From: the human T2T-CHM13v2.0 reference genome, Homo sapiens
DNA length: 64,000 bases
Direction: 5' to 3' (one strand)
Assembly: GCF_009914755.1 (NCBI RefSeq)
Contig: NC_060925.1
The notes beneath the pieces were generated by a model. It did no database searches and was not told the DNA's origin. It was given only the letters and a program-made list of their open reading frames with translations. This document shows, in pieces, positions 16,766 to 30,836 of this stretch (positions are counted from its first letter, which is position 1; every line of letters begins with the position of its first letter). A program made the position numbers and the translations under genes.

Positions 16766-18188
16766 TGTTACAGACAGTCTCTTAAGGTAGTCTCCATGAT
16801 CTTTACCTCTTGGTGTTTACACCTTTATGTGATTTCCTTCCCTTGAGTGCAGGTAGGGGCTGTGACTTGTTTCCAACCAAAAGAATATAGCAAAAGTGGT
16901 AATATGTATGTGATTACAAGTACATGATTTCATGATTATGTTACAAATCTCACTTTTTGTCCCTTGCTGCTTTGAGAAAGCAATCAGCCATGTTGGGGAA
17001 CTCCATTTATTTTTTTTATTTATTATTTTTTTTCTCATTTTCTTTTTTTTTATTATACTTTAAGTTTTAGGGTACATGTGCACATTGTGCAGGTTAGTTA
17101 CATATGTATACATGTGCCATGCTGGTGCGCTGCACCCACTAACTCGTCATCTAGCATTAGGTATATCTCCCAATGCTATCCCTCCCCCCTCCCCCCACCC
17201 CACAACAGTCCCCAGAGTGTGATATTCCCCTTCCTGTGTCCATGTGATCTCATTGTTCAATTCCCACCTATGAGTGAGAATATGCGGTGTTTGGTTTTTT
17301 GTTCTTGCGATAGTTTACTGAGAATGATGATTTCCAATTTCATCCATGTCCCTATAAAGGACATGAACTCATCATTTTTTATGGCTGCATAGTATTCCAT
17401 GGTGTATATGTGCCACATTTTCTTAATCCAGTCTATCATTGTTGGACATTTGGGTTGGTTCCAAGTCTTTGCTATTGTGAATAATGCTGCAATAAACATA
17501 CGTGTGCATGTGTCTTTATAGCAGCATGATTTATAGTCCTTTGGGTATATACCCAGTAATGGGATGGCTGGGTCAAATGGTATTTCCAGTTCTAGAACCC
17601 TGAGGAATCGCCACACTGACTTCCACAATGGTTGAACTAGTTTACAGTCCCACCAACAGTGTAAAAGTGTTCCTATTTCTCCACATCCTCTCCAGCACCT
17701 GTTGTTTCCTGACTTTTTAATGATTGCCATTCTAACTGGTGTGACATTTATGCAGCCAAAAAACACATGAAAAAAATGCTCATCATCACTGGCCATCAGA
17801 GAAATGCAAATCAAAACCACAATGAGATACCATCTCACACCAGTTAGAATGGGGAACTCCATTTAACAAAAAACTTTGGATGGTCTCTAAGAGCTGAGGG
17901 CAGATTCCAGTCAACTGCTATAAACTGAAACTCTCAGTCCTACAGCCACATGAGACTGAATTCTGCCAACAATCTGAGTAAGTTAGGAAGTTGATCCTTC
18001 CCTGACTCAACCCTCAGATGAGATTACAGCCCTAGCCAACACCTCAATTGCAACTTGACAACGCTTTAAACAGAGGACTTGCTAAGCCATGCCCAGACTC
18101 CTGGTCCACAGAAACTGTGATAAAAAAGTGTTGTTTCAAGCCACTATGTTTGTGATTATATTGTTACACAGCAATAGATAACTAACAC
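16766..18188 (+). mobile_element. MLT1F/G-like MaLR solo LTR interrupted by a young L1
   Basis: 5' 'ttcccttgagtgcagg...gtgacttgtttccaacc'. 3' 'cacagaaactgtga...ttgttacacagcaatagataactaaca'. Confidence 0.75.
17010..17849 (-). mobile_element. Young 5'-truncated, 5'-inverted L1PA (L1PA2/3-like) with 16-bp TSD
   Basis: Poly(T), 3' UTR and ORF2p C-terminus (...[11 protein letters not shown]) on minus. Inverted piece about 17743-17852. TSD tggggaactccattta at 16994-17009 and 17850-17865. Confidence 0.95.
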
Positions 18189-18652
18189 AGGGAGAAACAA
18201 GACAAATAGATTTGTAAAACCTTTGTCTAAAGTAAGTCAATAACCATTGAATACATCCCTGAGGATCTCAAATATAAAAAAAAAGTGCATAGGCTTTACA
18301 TGACATTATTCTATACCTACAGGTTCTTCACTGTTTGCTTTTCTGCTCTCACTTGTGTTCCTAATGAATGCTCAAAGAAGTAACCCAGTTGAGATATTAC
18401 AATATACATTACCATACTAAGCAAAGCCAGACATATAATTGTATAAAACAGGCAATTTCTTAAAAAGCATCATTTGAAAGTCATCCCAGAGTAATCCTTA
18501 TTCAAAAAATGTCTCTTCAAGTGGCCTGCACAGTGTTTGAAATACGTCTGTTATGGTGTCATCCTTCTGGAGATAAAGCTATGTGTTTTTAGAAGTGTCC
18601 TGTAAGAAAGAAAATATCTCAGTGAAGAATAACATATCAGAGCATTATCTTC

Positions 18653-19534
18653 TGTAGGGAGACCCCCTGAAACTATTGCTATGGAATAAAAGATAAAATG
18701 CTCCTGATTATTGTACATACAAAGTTGCCTGCAGGATTGTGTAAAGACAATGCCAGGTTGGACTGCCAGAACGAGCCAACAGTGCATGATGTGCTTCCCC
18801 CTGCAGAGAGCCTATGAATGGACGTGCAGTCAGGGAGTTTTCACATCACCAAGATTCCTATCCCAGAAAAGCAGATGTTCATAGCTCTGGGAATGGAATG
18901 TGACCCATGTGGAGAGCCTATAAACAGACACATCGGGGGGGGTCGCCTGTCTATATGGATAAGATAGGGCTACAAACGCCCTCATCTTGCCACAGCTCTT
19001 CTAGGCCTCTTTAGGGTTAAGGCATACTCCCTTCTGAGAATTTCTGGTCTAACCGGTTGTCTAGCTTCATGTCCTGTTTCTATGGATTGTTTGTAACCAG
19101 CTTTTGCTGCAACTGTTACTGCTGATTAATATCTTGCTAATCATAGGTTATGGAAAAACTGTGTTTCTGTTTTTAGTCTCTGTTAGAAATTACTGATGCA
19201 CACACTGTATTATAAATTCTTATCTCTGTATACTGTACTTCTGCATACAAATGTTATGTTAAAGAATTACTTCATCCCCATGTGACCATCTCACCTCATA
19301 ATCAAATGACCCTAAATCCCTCACTAACCTACCCCCGCCCTCACTAAACTTAATAATAAATGCTGGTATATCCAGTGCATTGTTGGCACCACGGGACCAG
19401 AAGGCGGTGACCCCCCTGGACCCAGCTTTCACTATCTTGTGTGTGTCTATTATTTCTCAACCTGCCTATCCATCCGCCTGGGAACAAAGAGAGAGCCCCA
19501 TTGCATTGTGGGCTGCTGGCCAGATCCCACAATA
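18653..19534 (+). mobile_element. MER11D-like (HERV-K/HML-type) solo LTR
   Basis: Starts TGTAGGGAGACCCCCTGAAAC; AATAAA at about 19355. 6-bp TSD atcttc at 18647-18652 and 19535-19540, the length expected for betaretrovirus-like ERVs. Family name from recalled consensus. Confidence 0.85.
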
Positions 19535-20880
19535 ATCTTCTACCAATATGTCTGCTGATTTAATTTATCCAATAGTCATTGCCCTAGCAAAGCACATAAA
19601 AATAAACTTTTCATTTGTAACTGAATAGATACATAGCATTTTTATAGTATCTGCTTTACAATTTCAAAAGAACCTTCATAAGTTAAATTTCATTATATTT
19701 AATGTATGAAGTTAAATATATGATATATAAGTTATATATGTATTATATATAGCTTATGAAGTTATATCTAAATTTTATATATTCATAATTTATTTAATTA
19801 AATAAATCTTATTTAATAAAACTTTATATGTAAAGCTCCTAGGAGAGTGCCTGCCTATGATTTTTACTCAACAATGTTCATTCATTCTCTTCCTTTTAAT
19901 CCTAACAAGATTTGATCCCCACTCCTTTAAATGAGGAGACCAAGTAGCAGCAAATAAATAACTTGCTCAAGATCATTAGCCTAGTCATATAACAGAGTTG
20001 AGACTTTAACCCAAATCCTCAGACTATGAATTTTGCTCTCTCTACTTTTGTCTCTACTGCTTCAGAAAGCACCACATATCCATCACTTAGAATATGAAAA
20101 TCCCATAGACAAAATCTAAATGACACTCTCTATTCTGCTTTAAAGATATTTAACTTTAATTTCTGTGACATTTAATGAATGCATTGTTTATTGAAATTAA
20201 ATAGAATTTTATAAAGATTTGGAATCCTAGTCCCAATTCTGCCACTAGCCAGCTCTGTGATCTTGAAAAAGTCACTCTACTTCTCTGAACTGCAGTTTTC
20301 TCATATCCAAACTGGAGGTAATACTAATGATGATTCTGATAACCTGATATTTGCCTCAACGTGTCGCTGACATAATGAGATAATGAATCTGATCAACCTT
20401 TGAAAGTGGTACTATAGTATTTAGCAAATATGTCATTGCCATCAGTATCATAATTATTATTGACCAAAATTCTATAATTGTACTATCTTAATAAACCCAG
20501 TTTTTCTAATCTGATGTCAATGAAAATATTTGGTTATTAACACTTCTGATTTTTTTGTTTGATGTTTCTTTGAAATACAAAAGATACTACTATTAGAAAG
20601 AAGTTAAAACAAAGTAACCTATCCTAAGATGTGTGGTTTAAATTCATGCTAGAAAATTGTACATTTGGACTGTTCTTTAAGTGTGCTGCTAATTGCTAAA
20701 AATACAGTGTTGATGAACCTTACCTGGTTGGAATTTTTTTAAATTAGTAGTTAAAATGTGGCTGTTACAGCTTCTCACAACAGACTCCTTAAAATCTTAA
20801 ACCATAATTCTTTTATATTAAAGTATAACTTTAAAAGCACTCTTCTCTCACAAAAAAACTATCAATGTGTTAGTGTAAGC

Positions 20881-21064
20881 CAGCCGTGTCCAACCCTTTG
20901 AATGCGAGGAATGTTTTGCTTACCTGTGATGGCAGATATTACAAAACTTATGCACGGACCTTTTTTTAGCTCATTAGCTATCATTAGTCTTAGTGTATTT
21001 TGTGTGTGGCCCAAGATAATTCTTTCAATGTGTCCCAGGGAAGCCAAAAGGTTGGACATCTCCA
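20881..21064. mobile_element. MER30-like hAT-Charlie MITE
   Basis: Imperfect TIRs (cagccgtgtccaacc / ggttggacatctcca). 8-bp TSD gtgtaagc at 20873-20880 and 21065-21072. Confidence 0.85.
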
Positions 21065-21659
21065 GTGTAAGCCATTCTCTAAGTACAGTATACAATGGAT
21101 GAGGTCAAAAGGAAGGGCAATGAGTACATTAAAATTATTTACTTAAGAGTATTCAACATTTATTATGGAGTATAATTTCACCTATATGCAAGTAATTCAC
21201 ACTATACTGGCTCAGGCTTAGGAAAAATCATGTATTGAATTCATTACATTTATTACTTTTGAAAACACTGATAGTTTTGTTATATTACTGAAGGCTGAAT
21301 TTATTAAGTGATTCATAAAACTGGGCTCCACTTTGTTCATTAATTGTAGGACTAACTAGTGTAACTCTTTATAAATAATTTGCATTTTCATCAATTAACA
21401 AACATTTATATTTGCTGGTGAGATAGAAACCTATTAATACATTCTGAAAATAAACAATTTGAGAATCAGGCTTTTCACACATTTAAATTTGCTTTCCTGG
21501 TGACGAAGTCAATCTTTACATTAGAGTATCCCTAGATGCATAACAAACCACAAAAAAACTTTGAGGTTTATAGCAACATTTTCATTATTTCTTCCTGTTT
21601 CTTGGGTTGAATGGTGGCTTATCTGGGCTCACCCCTGACATATGACTCTAAAGCACATC

Positions 21660-22283
21660 ACGGTGTAGACTATATTTAAAGTCAAGTAATTAGATGAGAT
21701 AACCAAAGGGAATAATTGTAGATAGTGAAAATGTACAAGAACTGAGCCCTGAAACATTTCAGTTTATAGAAGATAAAGAAATGAGGCAGAATCAGCAAAC
21801 ATAAAGAAGTGGCCAATGATGGAGAAGGAAAACAAGGGAGTTTCGTATGTATTTCTAAAGCCAAGTAAAGAAGTATATCAAAGAAGAGGGAACGAGAATA
21901 GTTAACTGGGTCAAATCCTGTTGACAGAACTATAAGAACAGAAGATAAGAATTCAGATTTAGCAAACTGGAGGTTATTAATGAACTTGAGAAGAGCAGTT
22001 TTGGAGAAAGGGTATGGCTCATGAAAAGCCTGATTGAATGGGTTTCAGGGAAAAAGAAATTACAGCCAGACAACTCTATAAATATTTTTCTTCTGTAAAG
22101 GGGAGCAGAGAAAGGAAGTAGTAACTTATGAGGTTGTGGGGCAAAGAGAAAGATTTTTAAAGATAGAAGAAATAACAGCATATTTGTATGCCAATGGAAA
22201 TAACATAGAGATAAAAAATAGCAATAAACAAGATACAGAGAAGAACTGCTGAGGTGATGTCCTTGAGTAGCTGAAATTAAATG
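21660..22283 (-). mobile_element. L2 fragment (resumes at about 24755-24930)
   Basis: Purine-rich L2-like motifs: 'gatgagataaccaaggg', 'aactgagccctg', 'gggtcaaatcctgttga'. Confidence 0.55.
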
Positions 22284-22284
22284 G

Positions 22285-24753
22285 TGTTTGAGATTGTCTG
22301 AATGCTTGTTTCTCCCAAAAATTCATACATTAAAACCTAATCAGCAATGTGATGCTATTTGTAGACTGAGTCTTTGGCAACTGATAAGGTTATAAGGGTG
22401 GATCCTTCATAGATAAGATAAGTACCCTTATAAAAGTGGCCTCAGAGAGCTGCCTTACTCCTTTCGCTAAGTGAGGACACAGCGAGAAGGCACATCTATG
22501 AAACAGAAACTGGGCCTTTACCAGACACCAAATTTGCCAAATCCTTGATCTGGGTCTCCCCAGCCTCTGGAACTGTGAGAAATAAATTTTCATTGTTTAA
22601 AAGCTTCCCAGCTTATGGCATTTTTTAAATAGCAGCCCAAACAGACTAATGCAAATGTTTGTACTGATAATCAGGTACTGCTATAACAAATACCTAAAAT
22701 GTAGGAGTGGCTTTAAAACTGTAATGGGTAAAGGATGGAAGTGCTTGGAGGTGTGTGCTAGAAAAAGCCTACATTCCTATAAACAGACTGTTAAGGGTGG
22801 CTCTGATGAAGGCTTAGAAGGACAGCAGGGGAGTTATAGAGAAAGCCTCAATCTTCTCAGAGAATATGTAAGTGGTCATGATCAGAATATTGGTAGAAAT
22901 ATGGATGGCAAAGGTCATTCTGATGAGTTCTTAGAAAGAAATAAAGAACATATTAATGCAAAATGGAGAAAGGCAATCTTAGTTATAAAATGGCAAAGAA
23001 CTTGGCTTAATTGTGTCTGTGTCCTAGTATTTTGTTGAAGTATTTCTGTGTCCTAGTATTTTGTTGAAGGTAGAACTTGTGAATACTGAAATACAACATT
23101 TGGCTAAAGAAAGTTTTAAGCAAAGTGTTGAAGGTGCAACTTGGCTTCTAATGTAAAAAATAGAAAAATAATTTAAAGATGGAATTTTAAATAAAAAAAT
23201 GAAGCAGAACTTAAAGATCTGAAAAACTCTCAGCCTCTCCAAATTGTAACAAATGAGAAAGCATGTTTGGGAGAGAATACTAATGGTGTAACCAAGTGAA
23301 CATTTGATAAGATTAATATGAATCAGCCAAGTTCTATTCATCAAAACTATGGAAGAATGATCCCAAAGGCATTTTGGAGATTACCAGGGATACCCCTCTT
23401 ATTACAGGCCCAGAGTGCCAGGACCTGGGGGACAGAATAATTTCAAAAAGGGGCCATAGGTGCCCACAGGACCCACATACTCGCTGGCCAGTACCACCCC
23501 AAAGCTCTGTTCCCAGCATTCTGGTGCAGCAGTCTTTGACCACCCCAGGTTCAGCTCCAGTGGGCCCAGGTGTGGTACAGGCAGTAGTTGCCACCCCTCT
23601 AGAGGACACAGACAGTAAACCTTGCCAATATCTGTGTGGTGCCACCTCTGCCAGTTCTCAGACTACACAAGCTGTGGAAATGTGGCTACCTCCATCTAGA
23701 TTTTGGAGGATGGAGCCTCCCAGAGTTCTAGGCATGCAATCCAGGCAGAGTGCTGGGTTGAGCTGGCTGAGAGTGGGGCAATTGCAGAGAGTCTCCACTA
23801 GGTCAATGTCTAGGCTGTACCTAGTGGGGTACAGCCACCCCCACGATCCCAGACCAGTAGAGCCACTGGCATGTGAATCCAGCCTAGGAAAGCAACAGAC
23901 AGGTGACTCCAACCCTTGAAAGCTGCAAAGCGATTAGGGCAGGGTTACCCAGAGCTTTGGGGACTCAATCCCTGCCAAGTAAAGCTGCAGAAATAGGATC
24001 TCTCCCCTGGAAGGTCTGGAGGGCAGAGCCTCAAGTCAAATAAGATGATTCTATATCCTTAAGGTTTTAGACTTGCAATCTGCTGCCCCTTTCTCCTTTC
24101 CTATTTCTCCCTTTTAGAATGAGAGTATCTATCCTATGACTGTCTCACCACTGTAATGTGAAAGCACATAACATGTGTGATTTCATAGGTACATAGCTAG
24201 AGAGTAATTTGCCTTAGAATGAATCATACCTTGAGTCTCATCCATATCTAATTGAGATGATAGATGAGACTCTGGACTTTTGACTTTTGAGTTGATGCTG
24301 GAAATAGTAAACACTTTTGGGGTTACTGGGATGGAATGAATGCATTCTGCTTCTGAAAAAGACAAGTTTTAGTGGGCCAGCAGCACAATTCTATGATCTA
24401 AATATATGTGTTCCTCCAAGATTCAAATGTTGAGACCTAATCACTAATTTGATGCTGTTCAGAGGTGAGGAATTTTGGGAGATAATTATGTCATGAGGGC
24501 AGAGCCCCAATGAATAGGATAAGTGACCTTACAAAAGAAGCCCCAGAGAGCTGCCTTGCCCCTTCCACCCATGTGAGGGCACAGTGAGAGGGCATCATCT
24601 ATTAACCAAAAAGTGGGGCTTCACCAGATGTCAAATCTGCCAATGCCTTGACCTAGGACTTTCCAACCTCCAGAACTGTGAGAAATAAAGTACAGTTGTT
24701 TAAAAGGAACCCAGTTTACGGTACTTTGTTATAGCAACCTAAACAGACTACAG
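22285..24753 (+). mobile_element. Two-LTR MLT1A0-like MaLR element (5' LTR ~22285-22653, internal, 3' LTR ~24389-24753)
   Basis: Both ends share 'cagagagctgcctt', 'gaactgtgagaaataaa', 'aaacagacta'. The ~1.7 kb between them has MaLR-internal motifs ('gctataacaaatacctaaaatgt', 'gacttttgagttgatgctgg'). Confidence 0.85.
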
Positions 24754-25831
24754 CAACATGTAATGTGCAAATGGAGAGATTACCCTCAGATAAGAACAGA
24801 AACAGTTCCTCCAGTAAAAGATGGAAAGAAACAGTAAAGGGCACAGATGCAAGGAAGCTGGTGAATATGGTGACAGAAATTTTTGGAAACTCTCTTCCAA
24901 TTGCTTCTATTTTCTCTATTTATTGATTGTATATTACTCATCAGCCACAGAGCCTTGAAGAGATTTTAATTTGGATTTCTTGTTTGAGTGACGGGGTGGA
25001 TGAGGATGTCTATAGATTCACAAAGGGAAGACAGGAGGAGGCTCAATGTTGAAAAGACTACAAACTTTGATGCACACTGACTTTGGGGTGCCTCTCAGAC
25101 AACTTACTTCATAAATGCACAGAGCTGAATTTAGTTACAATTACATGAAGTCAGTTAATAAATATAATAAGATTATATCCCCTCAAGTTTTTCTCAATTA
25201 CTATTAAAATTATAAAAATTAGTATATACATATACGTGTGACATTCTTTTTATATTTCTGTTCTGAACATGAGGACTTATAATTTAACGAATGAATTATC
25301 CGTTTAAGAATATCACTTGTCTAGCATAAGACAACTTACTATTCCTAAATACTTATAAATATTAGGAGAAAAAGCACGTTGAATATATCAGAAAAATGCC
25401 CTGTTCCTAACATAGTAGAAACTAATTTATGTTTCTGACATCGTAGTATATAGATAATTTGCACATGGGTATGATTCAAGTTAGCAGTCTATAGAAGATT
25501 GCTAGGATATGAAATCCCCTTGTATATTATGGTAATTTACCTTCACATTATTTCATTGTTATAGATTCCGAGGTTCTCACTAGCTTCTGAAAAAAACATG
25601 CAGCGATAATATATGGTTTGCTCCCTATTTGCTTTCAGAAATAAAAATACTAAATCAAAATTAACATGGAAAAATCTGAACCTAGTAGGCGGTTAGGCAA
25701 TTGAAGAAAATCAATCAGTGTAAATATGGAGTTATGTGCTACCAATTGAATAATACTATTAAATATTACATTTTATTGCAATCGGTTTTCAACTACACAG
25801 GAAAATTCTTCCCTTGTAGCATCCAATTACA

Positions 25832-26054
25832 TTTTTTTTTATTATTTTACTTTAAGTTCTAGGGTACATGTGCACAACATGCAGGTTTGTTACATATGTA
25901 TACATGTGCCATGTTGGTGTGCTGCACCCATTAACTCGTCATTTACATTAGGTATTTCTCTTAATGCTATCCCTCCCCCCTCCCCCCACGACAGGCCCTG
26001 GTGTGTAATGATCCCCACCCTGTGTCCAAGTGTTCTCATTGTTCAATTCCCACT
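25832..26054 (-). mobile_element. Short L1PA 3'-end insertion (~220 bp)
   Basis: 'ctttaagttctagggtacatgtgcacaacatgcagg'...'gttcaattcccact'. Confidence 0.9.
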
Positions 26055-28299
26055 ATTCTTAAGAACCAAAAATGGTGTTCTGGACAACACCAGTGCTATT
26101 GGAATGCAGTCTCTAATAAAGAGTTGGTGGAACTATTATAGCAGAACTATGAACTTACAGGTCTATAAACCAAAGTATAAAAGGAGCATTGCAACATATT
26201 TTCTAACACCTAACTGCTGTAACCAAATAGTTTATTGTCAAAACCAAATGATATCCTGCTGTACAACATTATATCTATAGCTAATAATACCGTATTGCAC
26301 ATTTAAAAATGTGTTACAAGGGTAAGTCTCATGTTAATTGTTCTTACCACAATAAAAAATAACTTCATATAAATAATGCAAAATTAATACCAGCTTCAAA
26401 CTCCCCATGTGTGATACAGAGAAATTTATATAAAGAAAGGATAACAACCAGACAAAATGCTGTAAACAATCAAGGCTTCAACCTTATCTATCTCAAGTAC
26501 TGCTGCTGGGAAGTTATAATGAAATCTCCGCCTAAATTTAAAAATACTAGAAAACTTGCTATATAAATCCTGTAATTTTTCAAACACCTGTCTATTTAGT
26601 GGATTAGCTATCTCCAATAATACCTTCCCACCCCATATTAATTATTTAGTTTCACAGTGGCTACTTTCAGTTCCATTAAAAAATATCTGCTTCTAAAACA
26701 ATCATAATTATCATTCAATATAAACCTATTTTGTTCCAGATGCTTTACATATCATACAAAATTGATCTTTACCACTTTCCTCCCTATAAGGTAGGTGAAG
26801 GTTTTCCTTCCAGTTGAGGAAAATGAGGCTCAGCTAAGTACCAGACACAAAGTCACACAACCAGTAAGTAGCAGAGACAGAATTTGAACTGAAGTCTGTG
26901 GGACTCCAGAGTGCCCTTATATCTATAACTTACTACTAGATACAAGAATCTATTCCAAATCCATCAGGGAAGTAAAAAGAGGAGTAAGAAATAATGTATG
27001 TCATTAAAGGGCCTATTACATTCTAGGAAAAAGTAACTATACTAGAAAGTAGAATATTATATTCTAAAAGAACAGTTTAAACAATTGTTTTAGTACAGGG
27101 AGATACCACACATCTAATTATAAATTTCAGGAAAGTTTTTATGGATAAAATGGCATTTGAAATAGATCTTAAATAATTAATTATTTTATCATAAGGTGAA
27201 GACTTGATGTTAATAGGGGGTACTGGAGAAGGCTATATAAAGAAGGCATTTCTAAAACAAAAGAATAATGAAGAAAAAACAGCAAAAAACATGTTTCATG
27301 TATAGTGAATACTTCTGATTGACTGGAATACTGGGTAAATATAGCAGACTGAAACAAAGGAAGAATAGAAAGATAGGTTAAGTTCAACCTAAAGGCTCTT
27401 AAGTGACATGTTGAGGAAGTTTCAATTCATTTAAAAGGCATTGGGAAGTTACTGGAAGTTTTTTAGTAGAAAGTGATATGATTAAATCTATGCTTCAGGA
27501 AAATGACTTGAGCAAAAACATATACAACATATTGAAAAGGTAGACACCTGAGGTAGCAAGCTAAATTAGGAAATTACTGCAATAGTCATGGCAGCCTGAA
27601 CTAAGACAATCACAGTAGTCACAGAAAGGGTGGCACAGTATCAAATATATAGGCAATTAAACCAGCAGGACTTAGTTACTTTTCTACTTAAGGTAGTGAA
27701 AATAAGAGTAAAGAGTTAAGTGGGAGAAGAGCTTCAAGGTCTGGGACCTAGATATCTATCCGAAACACTGACTTTCACAAAATTCAAACTTTCATCAGGT
27801 AAAAGAGAGGTAAATAATCATGAGGTAAAATGATGTGTTTTATCACCACTTTTATCTAAGAACTTCTATGTTGGAATGGATCCTGTGGAAAATGGTGTTC
27901 CAATGTGTGCTCTGCAGACTTCCTGAATCAGAATCATCTGGGGTTGCAGGTCATGAGGATTCCAGTCTGCATTTCATCCATTTCTGCATATCTACAACAC
28001 TTGTTATTTATAGCGCTTAATTGAGAATTTATACAGCTTTATTTAAAGCTGTATAGTAAATACATAGTAAAATTTCTATGAAAGAGAATGGCTTTCTTGG
28101 GTACTTACAAAGTTCATTCTTAATTTTTGTTACTTAGACTTTATAAGTATCTTAGCTACCCAACTATTAATAGAAGACAAATTCCCTAAGGATAAAGACT
28201 AATAATAATAATGTCTCTAGGTACTTTTACACTAATCGAAGCACTTTACAGTTTACCTGTTTGGTACTCAATTATTATAATGATATTCACCATATTATT

Positions 28300-28427
28300 A
28301 AAAATTTTTTTAGAGATGGGGTGTCGCTATGTTGCCCAGATTGATCTCGAACTCCTGGGCTCAAGCAATCCTCCTGCATCAGCCTCCCAAAGTGCTGGGA
28401 TTACAGGCATGAGCCACCATGTCCAGC
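28300..28427 (-). mobile_element. Alu monomer (FLAM-like)
   Basis: Single left-arm monomer 'gagatggggtgtcgctatgttgccc...gagccaccatgtccagcc'. Confidence 0.85.
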
Positions 28428-30487
28428 CAATAGTCACCATATATTACTAGACAAATTATATAGCACTTTATCTCATCCTCAATTTTGTCAGTTTTACAAA
28501 TTAGAGAACCAAGGTCCACAAAACGTAAATACTTCATCAAAAAACAGAGTTAGCGAAAGACAAAGGTAAATCAGAATCCAGAGCCATCTAATTCCAAAGT
28601 ATATTTTCTTCTCCCTACGTCATGTTGCCTCCACAGTGTTACATGCCACAGTGCTAGTTACAAAAGTACTCATTCAAACAAATTTTTGTTTGTTTTCTGT
28701 TGTGGTTGTTATTAAGTATTTAAGCCTTGTACATAAGCAATCATTGCACATAATGAATGATCAATGAGTATCTGTCAAGTGAATTAATGTAGCCTCAATG
28801 AGAAAACTAAAATTCTTAAGAAAAAATAGAAAATTATAGACACAGACAAAGCACGAATACATTCACTGTGCTGCTTACAAATATAATCATTCCCCCTCTG
28901 GCTTAGTGCTAAAATTAAAACAGTCATAGCATTTGTTAAACTCCAATTGTTTGGGTAAAGCAATGCTTCCAAGGTGGAACGAAAGGGAGAAATATCCATA
29001 GGGATCCCTCTGAGCATGATTTCCTCCAACACCTACATTCTAGGGCTGTTAAGAATGGGAGACACAAGGCTGTATACATGGACTTGTAGATTTGGAGACA
29101 GATAGATGTTATACTTTGATGACATACTCACATTTACCTATATACATCAAAAAAGAGCCAGTTCCATTTATCTACATTCTTCCAACCTAACAAACACTGA
29201 CATAAAGGTGCTTGGCTAGGAGAAAGGGATGTAAGTTCATTCATGGGTTTCTCCACATAATCTATGAATACTGATGTTAGAGGAAGGAACACTGGACTAG
29301 CTGGTCATTCTAGAAATGTAGACCACTAATGCCCACAGTGCTGTGCAAAACCCTGTCACAAGTCACCCTTTCTCCTTCTCCTGGGTTTCCTTGATAAATG
29401 TTAATTTTCTAACTTTGGTCTCATCAATTTTCTAGTCATTTATTCTGCAAACATTTACTGCAGAACTACTATGTGCCAGGTACTGTACTAAGTCACACCA
29501 TGGGAAAGAGAATCTAAGAGAAGTCCTTGTCCCAACAGTTCAAAGTCTCACTGAAGAGACCTACATGTAACTAAATCACTGCAGTGCAATGATTGAAGAA
29601 GACATATAAATATCCCAGATGAAAGATATGGGAAAGAAGCCAGAGCTATAAGATTTAATGAACTAAAAAGCGCATCACCTGCAAGAAACTTAAACAATAC
29701 CTGTAGAAGTGCCAGGCTAAGGGAGAATCACAGAATCCTAGAATGTTCCGGGTTGAAGGAAAGCCCAATTAATTGCTACTAAAAAAGAATATCTTACTGA
29801 CAAAGCAGCCCATAACCACTGTGCCAGGTTCTGATAATACACAAATAAACTCTGAGCCCAGCCCACCTCAAGAAACCCACAACTCAGTGAAAGACTCCTC
29901 ACTATACCACTAGTAGGCAGAGGCATTAAAAACAATATGATGATATTAAGAAAAACATTAAAAATTGTATTAATATAGAATGCCACATCACTAAGATGGA
30001 ATTTAAAAGTAGCCCTTGCTTAAGACACTCTCCTGCTATAAACTCTGAAATATTGTCATCAACCTATGCCTCTGCAAAGACGTATTAATTGCATGTGACA
30101 AAACAGTCTCTACTCCAATACCCTCTATTCTCAGCCCTCGTCTCCTGACACCACTCTTTATCCCTAGGTAAACATGGCCACTCCCTCCTTGGTGACTCTA
30201 TAATACCCTATACAGACTCTGCTCATTCATTCTTCATGCATTCATTTACTCACTTATGTAATCAGTAAGTATTTTTTAGCACCCATTATGTACAAAACAC
30301 TGTACTAGGTGCTGGGGACATAAAGTACTCAATAAAACAAACACAATCCTATTCTCAGGGAGGTTACATTCCAGAGGGTGTAGATTTATAATACGAAAAT
30401 AAATATATAACAGGTCTGGTGATGGTAAGTGCTAAGAACAAAAACAAAGTTGGATAACAGAGATACGGAATATGGAAAGAGAGTACT

Positions 30488-30836
30488 TGATATGGTTTGG
30501 CTGTGTCCCCACCCAAATCTCATCTTGAATTGTAGCTCCCATAATCCTTACATGTTATGGGAGGCACCCAGTGGGAGGTAACTGAATCATGCGGGCAGGT
30601 CTTTCCCATGCTATTCTCATGATAGTGAATATGTCTCATGAGATCTGATGGTTTTATAAAGGGCAGTTCCCCTGCACATGCTTTCTTGCCTGCTGCCATG
30701 TAAGAAATGCCTTTGCTCCTTTTTCGCCTTCTGCCATGACTGTGAGGCCTCCCCAGCCATGTGGAACCATGAGTCCATTATAAATTACCCAGTTTTGGGT
30801 ATGTCCTTATTAGCAGCATGAGAGCTGACTAATACA
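30488..30836 (+). mobile_element. THE1 (THE1B/C-like) solo LTR
   Basis: TGATATGGTTTGGCTGTGTCCCCACCCAAATC...GACTAATACA. 5-bp TSD gtact at 30483-30487 and 30837-30841. Inserted in an L2. Confidence 0.93.

Noticed and set aside
17257-17862. 201-aa minus-strand ORF
   Set aside because: L1 ORF2 C-terminus read through the inversion junction; chimeric artefact.
23374-23919. 181-aa ORF
   Set aside because: Lies in MaLR internal sequence; no recognisable domain.
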